Source: Nanobdellota archaeon
GTDB taxonomy: Archaea; Nanobdellota; Nanobdellia; Parvarchaeales; Parvarchaeaceae
NCBI GenBank assembly: GCA_021852265.1
Contig: JAJZNV010000016.1
Coordinates: 189-64,188, forward strand
DNA: 64,000 bases
Reading direction: 5' to 3'
Below the pieces are notes generated by a model that was not told the origin of the DNA, made no database searches, and saw only the letters and a list, made by a program, of their open reading frames with translations. Every line of letters begins with the position of its first letter. Position 1 is the first letter of the stretch. Shown piece after piece: positions 57,101-63,404 of the stretch. The position numbers and the translations under genes are program-made.

Positions 57101-58610
57101 TGTTCCCGGGACAAATCAGGTGTACTCCATGGATCTTCCTTACACCTCTTATCCTTCTTTACCCGGTATATCTGTCCAGGTAAATTATGGTAGTGTACTT
57201 ATGAATTCGACTCTCGGTCGTTTGCCCACTTTACCACAACCTATTATGATAACTAATCAAAATAGTACTAATATAAGCATTGGTCCGATAGACTGGATAA
57301 GATTTAGGGCATACCCTCCGAACGGTATAGCACCCATCATTGTCGTTGGGGCAATAAAGACAGCAGCAGTGACGACGTTTGTGGAATCCGGCTTGCCACA
57401 GCAGTTAATTTCAGGTTTGAACAGTACATCACTGAATTGGTCAATAACCTACGACGGAGTTACTAAATTACCCCTGCGTTATAATGTGTGTTTCGGTGGA
57501 CACTGTTCTGTATGGTATACGGAAAAAATCAATTTCTCTACGCTTTCTGGAGCATTTAGCTATTCCGCGTCCATACCTTACAATTCCTCAAATGGCTGCA
57601 CTACATTTTATTCTCCGAATCCGTCTTCTGGATCAGCGGCTACCGGCAACGTACAGACAATAACTTTTTCAGGAGTCACATCCTGCAATCAGGTATTTGT
57701 AACCTACTCTAACGGCGTTAGCATAATAAATGGCTCTTCAAACAAAGTGATTAGAAATATAACGGCATTGCCGAAGTCTCTCGGTTATCTCGCGGTGACT
57801 CCCAACGGGAAGGAGTTGTACGTCGGCAGTTCAGCTGCCTCATCAGTTTCTGTAATAAACCTTTCATCTTACAAGGTAATAAAAAATATCTCCGCAGCTT
57901 TAAACGTGCAGGGGTTAGCAGTGACCCCGAATGGTAAATATGTATACATAGTTAATAGCAACAATGATTCTGTTCAGATTATAAGTACCTCTACAAATTC
58001 CGTTGTCGCGGCTATAAGTGTACCATGTTCACCACAGAATATTGCAATAACACCTAATGGGCGATATGCATATGTGATTAACTGTATAGGTTCGGACGGC
58101 TCCAATGTCTCAATTATAGACACGGCATCAAATACCATAATAAAGAGCACGGGTAATCTATCCGCTCTAGTCGGAGAACCCTTTTATCCAACTGGAATAA
58201 CGATGACCCCTAACGGAAAATATGCTTATATCAGCACGGAAAGCCAATACATCCCAATTTTGAATGCATCCTCAGGTGCATTTTTAGGCTACATAAATAC
58301 TAGCATTGGCAATTTCGGAACATGCGATGCAAACAGCATGGTGATAACCCCAGATAGCCGGTATGGTTACGTTACCTGTGGCCCCGAGACCGTGGCCAAG
58401 ATTAATTTATCCACGGGCACATTTATTAAAAATATAACTGTCGGCGACCCTCAAGGACCTATGGCTATATCACAAAACGGTAAATATATTTATGTCACTA
58501 GCTACTCTCCCAATTTAATCTCTGTTATAGCCACTTCAACTGATTCGGTAGTGTCAACTATAAATCTGGGAGCCGCACCTGAGTATATCGCCGCTGGATT
58601 TCGGCCCTAA
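54150..58610 (+). CDS. giant (1486 aa) pilin-module protein with ESGLP modules, DUF2341-like + ConA/LamG-like region and two YVTN propellers
   Basis: The N-terminus PNGQLGINIVLWAAVIVFIIVALFFLG is a divergent class III-like signal. The pilin module carries CQKATIAPLGTTQCQV. ESGL modules include FMESGLPASTQWTMVF, AFTESGLPSGLSWRVTF and TFVESGLASNAKWTVTY. A DUF2341-like segment reads ...IEFFYSNGTIIPSWLESGNSNTATKTIYWLRINGGIPANTAIAVYIGFG...FYDNFAGTAINTNKWT. Propeller blades include PSGIAYDPANGDMYVV, PSGVAYNPANNDIYVADSAANTISVISS and, later, LAVTPNGKYVYIVNSNNDSVQIISTSTNSVVAAI. Confidence 0.65.
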   Translation: MSVIIAMYPNGQLGINIVLWAAVIVFIIVALFFLGIIPFPPSAASHQQSATNIIQLGAAKANAQTLQFSLQNMKALSVTPLHFIISIDGQNYSNVACQKATIAPLGTTQCQVSGNFSGKTSISVFLKVFFTINSTGSTYNSTASLIVPVQQSSIQSLQNNTSTVFTAFMESGLPASTQWTMVFNGQFNTSLGNQINFISSPGNYTFNISSIQVGNCVYYASLSSGKIAAGLVNYVSFSSQCSSSGSGNTTVTTAFTESGLPSGLSWRVTFASVINSSKTNAITFSTSAGLYQYSVSPSSNSTLNCTTTYSPSPSGGNINAGTTNSITFSASNACNLVITTFVESGLASNAKWTVTYDNINNDTYTSTSNKITFSTIKGTFAYSVPSVSNSSASCTTTYTPLPASGNLQAGLTQTVAFTSSTLCSGVYGIVYSVPITVANLQDSPTPSPFQVNVTIDSAAYSSYEASNLQNIEFFYSNGTIIPSWLESGNSNTATKTIYWLRINGGIPANTAIAVYIGFGSLTTNFLSTRATGEAPQLSSVYGEYDNGANVFNFYDNFAGTAINTNKWTSTGSITNTAISTIKVTYAPQDITYDSMNGNVYVSNSYPYSVNPLFDIVSVINSSSNNVIKNISVNGEPFGIAYNPVNHCIYVGLASDSPSVSVISTITNTIIKNITGIGLQPSGIAYDPANGDMYVVKGLSNNVAIIDSSTNTVIKTINVSNGPSGVAYNPANNDIYVADSAANTISVISSSSNTVIKNITAVSEPKELTYDPVNKDMYVSNAYTNTVGVINSSNRVIKNITLGTFKAGSLLGITYDSANGAVYVANTYANTTMIINTTSNLLVSSVKVGVEPSGVAYNNVSGNVYVANTGSNTVSVIPSSQIHVNNGLTVLPAGIGTNVPPIYSNSVFANGIIDFYGKIPAGACGSLGNPGCPLKKYIYAFAGVASPSNPNSNMSGIGEFSGVYGIRISNLSKKFGDQAIAIPGFVPGTNQVYSMDLPYTSYPSLPGISVQVNYGSVLMNSTLGRLPTLPQPIMITNQNSTNISIGPIDWIRFRAYPPNGIAPIIVVGAIKTAAVTTFVESGLPQQLISGLNSTSLNWSITYDGVTKLPLRYNVCFGGHCSVWYTEKINFSTLSGAFSYSASIPYNSSNGCTTFYSPNPSSGSAATGNVQTITFSGVTSCNQVFVTYSNGVSIINGSSNKVIRNITALPKSLGYLAVTPNGKELYVGSSAASSVSVINLSSYKVIKNISAALNVQGLAVTPNGKYVYIVNSNNDSVQIISTSTNSVVAAISVPCSPQNIAITPNGRYAYVINCIGSDGSNVSIIDTASNTIIKSTGNLSALVGEPFYPTGITMTPNGKYAYISTESQYIPILNASSGAFLGYINTSIGNFGTCDANSMVITPDSRYGYVTCGPETVAKINLSTGTFIKNITVGDPQGPMAISQNGKYIYVTSYSPNLISVIATSTDSVVSTINLGAAPEYIAAGFRP
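54640..55420 (+). repeat. three tandem ESGLP..W modules in gene 54150
   Basis: See the motifs listed for the CDS. Each module ends with a Cys-containing (S/T)(S/N)xC. Confidence 0.6.
55890..56790 (+). repeat. YVTN-type propeller array 1 of gene 54150
   Basis: Six or more blades with the pattern P(S/F)G(I/V)(A/T)Y(D/N)(P/S)xNGxxYV(A/S/V)(N/D)...N(T/N)V(S/A/G)VI(N/S/D)(S/T)(S/T)(S/T)N. Confidence 0.6.
57690..58600 (+). repeat. YVTN-type propeller array 2 of gene 54150
   Basis: LAVTPNGKELYVGSSAASSVSVINLSSYKVIKNI, LAVTPNGKYVYIVNSNNDSVQIISTSTNSVVAAI, IAITPNGRYAYVINC..., ITMTPNGKYAYIST..., MVITPDSRYGYVTC..., MAISQNGKYIYVTSYSPNLISVIATSTDSVVSTI. Confidence 0.6.
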
Positions 58611-58796
58611 GTTTTAAAGGTTGTTTATAGTGCGCTTATGCACAGTCTATAAAATGGATATTATCTGCGCACCCCCCCTCCAGTTATTGAACATTTAAAT
58701 TCGTTCATGAGCATTATACTCCTTCCAAAGAAGAATAAGACTCGGCATAGCAGATATTTTATCTATAAGTTAAGAATAAAGTGCGGCTTTTTCTAC

Positions 58797-58814
58797 ATTA
58801 GGAAATTTCCTAAT
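58797..58814. promoter_or_regulatory. 18-bp perfect palindrome ATTAGGAAATTTCCTAAT just upstream of a TATA box
   Basis: The sequence reads identically on both strands. It ends 12 nt before TATA tttatatc (58827..58834), which in turn ends 22 nt before the ATG at 58856. Confidence 0.45.
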
Positions 58815-58855
58815 AAAAACATAAGGTTTATATCATTCTTCAATCTAATAACTGT

Positions 58856-60172
58856 ATGAATAATTTGATTATTATAGGAATTTTGGTTATAATAGCAATG
58901 ACTGCAGTAGGGGGGATATTTTTATTTAAGTTGACAGGCCCGGTCAGACACGTAACGGAAGTTGTACAACCGGGTAATCTTTCAGACACTAATACTAGTG
59001 CAGTTCCTGCCCTCCTCCCCGGTAGCGTGTACTCAGTTATAACTCCTCTCTCAAACACAGGTTTTACTGTATACAATGTGTCTGGATACAAAGATTATGT
59101 GATATCTCCAGGCAATGTCGGCTCGCTTACATTAAATGTAACAAGAGCTATTGCCGGCGGAACTTCAACAAACTATACAAATCCCTTACCAATGAATATC
59201 ACCGATACCGGTGGCTTCGGATTTTATTCTTCGGCCAATCAGACCTTCCCCGAAGAAGGGAGTTATGCAACTTTTATACCGTACGCTAACATTACAAATT
59301 CTACGGCAAACTATTATTGTTCTGGAAATTCCTGTCAACCGGCCATTGAGATGATAATTTTCGGGTTTCAAGGATTTGTGCCTTCCCCTTCTGTTACGGG
59401 TATTACATGCGGCGTAAATAAATTAAACATAAGTTTATTTAACGATCTCGGTTACTCTGCGCTCGTAAAAGGTGCTACTGCTTATATTTACGTCACCGAG
59501 AACAATGGCACTCTTAAGCGTTCAAACATGACTTTATCGGCTTTAGCGAACAATTCTATTATTAGTGGCGCAGGGGAGCTATTCTCATTTACAGGGAGTG
59601 CTTGCGGAACTGACGCGAAGAATTATTCTTTTTACGCGTCAATAAATTATAGCCAGTTCGGGTCTAATCTTACACAGCTCTCGAAGGGCGAAGTAAAAGG
59701 AAACGCTCCGCAGCCCGTTCCAAAGAACGGGTTTGAAGTAAAACTGTATGTACCCCTTCTTTCTAATAACAAAGGTGCACCGGTTCTAAAGAATTTCAGC
59801 GGCGGCACACCAAACAATGTATCTGCTTTTTTTACGTCAGAGACTCTTGCTGATTTTTTTATGAGTGGTGTCAGTGTTTCAAACAATTCTGGAATTATAA
59901 ATGCGACGTTTACGGCTAATGTGCCGATCTATATGGTTCACCCCGGCATAAGCGTATCTGCTAATCCATTGTTTAGGGTGTTGTCTGTAAATCAATCCGG
60001 TTCTTTTGATTCGACTTTCAACATCGCTTCAAATGCTACTAAAGGAACTTATTGGATGTATTCAAAGGTTTCTGGCCAGTCAGGTCTGTTTTCTTATGCC
60101 CCTTATTATCTTCTTACAATCGGGAACACGCCGTATAACGGAAGCCTACCTTCCCCACCCGTATATTCTTAA
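58856..60172 (+). CDS. membrane-anchored or secreted N-x-S/T-rich surface protein
   Basis: N-terminal hydrophobic segment LIIIGILVIIAMTAVGGIFLF and many sequons. No recognised domain. Confidence 0.5.
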   Translation: MNNLIIIGILVIIAMTAVGGIFLFKLTGPVRHVTEVVQPGNLSDTNTSAVPALLPGSVYSVITPLSNTGFTVYNVSGYKDYVISPGNVGSLTLNVTRAIAGGTSTNYTNPLPMNITDTGGFGFYSSANQTFPEEGSYATFIPYANITNSTANYYCSGNSCQPAIEMIIFGFQGFVPSPSVTGITCGVNKLNISLFNDLGYSALVKGATAYIYVTENNGTLKRSNMTLSALANNSIISGAGELFSFTGSACGTDAKNYSFYASINYSQFGSNLTQLSKGEVKGNAPQPVPKNGFEVKLYVPLLSNNKGAPVLKNFSGGTPNNVSAFFTSETLADFFMSGVSVSNNSGIINATFTANVPIYMVHPGISVSANPLFRVLSVNQSGSFDSTFNIASNATKGTYWMYSKVSGQSGLFSYAPYYLLTIGNTPYNGSLPSPPVYS

Positions 60173-60194
60173 TATTAGTAAACACGCCCAAACT

Positions 60195-60716
60195 ATGGAG
60201 GCAAATATAAACTTAAATGAAAGCGACTTAAAGGCGTTATCCAGTTCCCAGCGTCTTAGGATAATGAAATCCATATCATATAAGCCAAAGACTCCTTCAG
60301 ACATAGCTGAAGAACTTGAGAAAAAGACGCCGACCATAATAGAGCACTTAAATCTATTGATAGCAAATGGGTTTGTAGTGAAACTGTCCACGAATAACAG
60401 GAAATATGTTTTTTATACTTTATCAGAAAAAGGGAAATCTCTGGTCAATTCCTCAAAAAAGATAACTATTATTTTACCGATAGCGCTAATCTTCATATCT
60501 TTGGCTAGTTTACTAATAATAATTAATTTTGCAACTTCGCAACAAGTAGTTGCACAAGTAGTCGTAGCGAGTGCTAGTTCTACAGGTGGGCCACAACCGT
60601 CTCAGAACGTGATTACTTCTCTTAGTTTTTTGTTCTCATTTGGTATTTTATTTGCTGGGACAGGTATATTGTTCGCGTATTTTTTACTTAATAGACGACT
60701 GCTGGCGACGATGTGA
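60195..60716 (+). CDS. membrane-anchored ArsR-type winged-helix transcription regulator (two C-terminal TM helices)
   Basis: LKALSSSQRLRIMKSISYKPKTPSDIAEELEKKTPTIIEHLNLLIANGFVVK is an ArsR/SmtB-like HTH. The hydrophobic helices are ITIILPIALIFISLASLLIIINF and LSFLFSFGILFAGTGILFAYFLL. The track ORF's longer N-terminus (from 60006) overlaps the previous gene and was rejected. Confidence 0.7.
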   Translation: MEANINLNESDLKALSSSQRLRIMKSISYKPKTPSDIAEELEKKTPTIIEHLNLLIANGFVVKLSTNNRKYVFYTLSEKGKSLVNSSKKITIILPIALIFISLASLLIIINFATSQQVVAQVVVASASSTGGPQPSQNVITSLSFLFSFGILFAGTGILFAYFLLNRRLLATM

Positions 60717-60735
60717 GTTTTCCCCATTCTTTATG

Positions 60736-60743
60736 TTTAAATT
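60736..60743 (+). promoter_or_regulatory. TATA box (TTTAAATT) of the pilin-LamG gene
   Basis: Ends 23 nt upstream of the ATG at 60766, which supports that start over the track start at 60640. Confidence 0.5.
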
Positions 60744-60765
60744 CATAAACTTGCATAACATCCTT

Positions 60766-62031
60766 ATGTTTATGTCCAAGAAAAGCAATGCGAATAAATC
60801 TTCCTATATATCTAAATACACAACTAAACTGACGACTCTTTCTTCGAGGCATTCTCAGTCAGCCCTAGAGTACATGATGACGTATGGCTGGGCCATATTA
60901 ATCATCGTGATAGTAGCGGCAGGATTATACAGTCTCGGGATATTTTCACCAACAAATTCAGCGTCAACTTCGATAACAGGATTCACCGGGTTGGAAACTC
61001 TTACCGCGGTCTGCTATTCTAATCTTACTGGCTCAGGGTATTCACAGAATATCGGACTAGTGTTGACGTTTGGTAATGGCATTGGAAGTACAATAAATAT
61101 AACCTACATAAATGTAACGAACTCCGGCGTATCAAAATCTTTCAGCATAAAAAGCAATGATATAGTCTCTCCTAATGGAAATGCTGGCATCTTCGAAGTT
61201 CCAAATGTATGTCCACAGAGTACGGGGTCAAGATATTCTGCAATAGTTACGATAACATATACCGAACCCGGACAGACCTTTAGTGGACCATACTATTCTT
61301 CGGGAACAGTTTCTGGCACAACTCTTGCAGGTTCTGGTTTTCCCAGTACAATAGGATTAGTAGCATTTTGGCCGTTTCAGGAAGGAAGCGGAACAATTGT
61401 TCATGATTTGAGTGGCAATGGATATAACGGTAACATTCTTGGCACCGCTACATGGACATTTAATCCGAGATTCGGTTATGTTTTTGATTTTAATGGGGGA
61501 ACAGACATTAATACGACTTATGCTCAGACGGCAGTTACCCAATACACAGTTTTTGCATGGGTTAACATGAGTGGTAGTAGCGGTGTAATCACACAAGATC
61601 GTGGTTCAGGCACTGGTCACAGTCTAACTTTATTCACAAGTAGCGCAGGTTGTGGTAACGCAGACGGCGAATCAGCCTTTGTGGATGATTCAAATGGTAT
61701 ATGTACTGGAGTACTCGACGGGGGCGGTTCATTAATAAAACAGTGGTATTCTCTAGCCGGGGTATTTAATGCTCCTGCAGGAAGCACAGTTAATGCAAAT
61801 CAGTTTCCGCAAGAGTTCTCAGTCTTTGTAAATGGAACACCCGTTTCAGCAGGTACAAGTGGTGCAGGCTCGGATACTTCTCCTCTGACCGGACTCGGTG
61901 GTCTAGTAATCGGATACAGCATAGCATGGAACTCTTTTTTTGTGGGGCAGATGACAAACATCCATATTTACAATCGCACTTTAACTCAGAATGAAATAAG
62001 AGAAATGACTCTTTATAATACATTAATCTGA
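60766..62031 (+). CDS. modular pilin: class III signal + pilin module + LamG/ConA-like lectin domain
   Basis: SRHSQSALEYMMTYGWAILIIVIVAAGLY is nearly identical to the gene 36753 signal. The C-terminal half (LVAFWPFQEGSGTIVHDLSGNGYNGNILGTATWT...YTVFAWVN...WYSLAGVF...VFVNG...IGYS...FFVGQMTNIHIYNRTLTQNEI) follows the Laminin-G-3/ConA-like pattern. Confidence 0.7.
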   Translation: MFMSKKSNANKSSYISKYTTKLTTLSSRHSQSALEYMMTYGWAILIIVIVAAGLYSLGIFSPTNSASTSITGFTGLETLTAVCYSNLTGSGYSQNIGLVLTFGNGIGSTINITYINVTNSGVSKSFSIKSNDIVSPNGNAGIFEVPNVCPQSTGSRYSAIVTITYTEPGQTFSGPYYSSGTVSGTTLAGSGFPSTIGLVAFWPFQEGSGTIVHDLSGNGYNGNILGTATWTFNPRFGYVFDFNGGTDINTTYAQTAVTQYTVFAWVNMSGSSGVITQDRGSGTGHSLTLFTSSAGCGNADGESAFVDDSNGICTGVLDGGGSLIKQWYSLAGVFNAPAGSTVNANQFPQEFSVFVNGTPVSAGTSGAGSDTSPLTGLGGLVIGYSIAWNSFFVGQMTNIHIYNRTLTQNEIREMTLYNTLI

Positions 62032-62036
62032 AGTTA

Positions 62037-62044
62037 TTTATAAT
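62037..62044 (+). promoter_or_regulatory. TATA box (TTTATAAT) upstream of the micropeptide ORF
   Basis: Ends 21 nt upstream of the ATG at 62065. Confidence 0.4.
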
Positions 62045-62064
62045 AGTACCTGTCTAAAATATCA

Positions 62065-62157
62065 ATGGTAAACAATAGAAAAAAGAAAGTTGAACCAAAT
62101 TCCACGGAAAATGAATCCGGAGGATGCGGCTGCGGTGGAAACTGCGGATGTAATTAA
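62065..62157 (+). CDS. 30-aa Gly/Cys-rich micropeptide (not in ORF track): MVNNRKKKVEPNSTENESGGCGCGGNCGCN
   Basis: The ORF has an ATG and a TAA stop, and a TATA at the window's typical leaderless spacing. The region is locally GC-rich (ggatgcggctgcggtggaaactgcggatgt) within an AT-rich spacer. Confidence 0.35.
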   Translation: MVNNRKKKVEPNSTENESGGCGCGGNCGCN

Positions 62158-62215
62158 GTCCTAAATATACATAAAACGGTGAGTATAAGTTAGGGATAGT
62201 GAGTATTTTAAGCGT

Positions 62216-62575
62216 ATGGTAAAAAACAAAGAACAGCTTGTGAACAAATTGGTAGATATCCTATATAATCCTGAAGCAGACAAGTTATTACCCGAGTCTG
62301 AAATAAAACTCATTGCCAATGATATTTATGATGTACTTAAAAAAACTCGTGTTGAAAAGCTTTTGTTGTTTTACTCTCAAAGAAAAAATGAAATAGATGG
62401 CCTCATCCGCAGCTATATTTATTCTCATCCCGGACTAGTTTTAAAGATAGTTTTAGGCGGCACGGGCGCTGCAAGAAAACTTCTTTATAGTACCATGATT
62501 TCAGCAGAGGAGAAACTATACCGGGCAGATTATAAAATCAAAGATTTGAATGAACTGTTAAACTCAGATATATAA
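62216..62575 (+). CDS. hypothetical protein
   Basis: 119-codon ORF with no motif. Confidence 0.45.
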   Translation: MVKNKEQLVNKLVDILYNPEADKLLPESEIKLIANDIYDVLKKTRVEKLLLFYSQRKNEIDGLIRSYIYSHPGLVLKIVLGGTGAARKLLYSTMISAEEKLYRADYKIKDLNELLNSDI

Positions 62576-62828
62576 AAATCTTACTAAGAATATTTATCCT
62601 ACTTATCCTACTTTTAGATAACGCACTCAAAATATAAATTTTATATTATATAACTACATATAATGGTAATAAATAAATTGATATAATATTATTATAATTA
62701 GAAATTTATTTGTGAAGTTTATATCATTATACTAATAAATATAGATAATTATATATCGATAAAATATCATTTATTATATTATAAAATAAAGCAATAAAGT
62801 TTTAAATATAATCAGCGCATATACTTAT

Positions 62829-63320
62829 TTGGTGAATAAAATGGATGTATATTCAGAGGAAGGGGAAAGTTCAGATTGTCAGTCATTAGAAGCAAAGATC
62901 GAATTAAAAAAGCAATCAGCTAAAGATAAAGGCATATACCGTAAGGCTTATGAGATACTTTTGAAATATGGATCTAATATCGGCGGACACACCTCTATGT
63001 ACGAAGAAAGGGAAATAACAGGTAAAAAGTTTCTTGGTTTGTTAACTACAAGCAGGTGTAAATTTGCTATAACATATGACGAATACACAGATGCTATATG
63101 TGATATCCATACACGTTATCTTAGCATCTTTAAGGAGGACAGGGTCGTCTTTCATACATCTGCTAGAGACTGGATCCCGACAGTGTTTGGTAGGAATGAA
63201 CCTGTAATCGATATATATACGGATAATGCTGATTGGGAAAGCCATTTGGATGAACTTTTTTTGCATGGGCCGAGACATAAACAAAAACAGGAAGAATTGC
63301 GCAAGAATTTTAATTTGTAA
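62829..63320 (+). CDS. hypothetical protein (start ambiguous: TTG 62829, GTG 62832 or ATG 62841)
   Basis: ORF follows TATA tttaaata (62801..62808). The TTG and GTG codons lie at the leaderless spacing and the ATG is 33 nt downstream. Confidence 0.45.
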   Translation: MVNKMDVYSEEGESSDCQSLEAKIELKKQSAKDKGIYRKAYEILLKYGSNIGGHTSMYEEREITGKKFLGLLTTSRCKFAITYDEYTDAICDIHTRYLSIFKEDRVVFHTSARDWIPTVFGRNEPVIDIYTDNADWESHLDELFLHGPRHKQKQEELRKNFNL

Positions 63321-63404
63321 TAAATGTGCAGGAAGTATACTTGTAACATAAACGTAATTATATCGCAGAAAAGTTATAAATACTATAATTAGCTATATCT
63401 AACT

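Noticed and set aside
50575-58600. Regularly spaced ~120-nt nucleotide repeats that might be mistaken for a CRISPR or satellite array.
   Set aside because: They lie entirely within long open reading frames and correspond to 40-residue propeller blades. The units are divergent, with no identical repeat and unique spacer structure, and no cas genes are present.
60006-60194. N-terminal extensions of track ORFs: 60006 for the ArsR-like gene, 60640 for the pilin-LamG gene, 29695 for the EF-Tu-like gene, and 16932 for the pilin gene.
   Set aside because: Each extension overlaps the preceding gene substantially in another frame and lacks domain content. Internal ATGs give compact, non-overlapping genes, and at 60766 and 16836 they match the TATA spacing rule.
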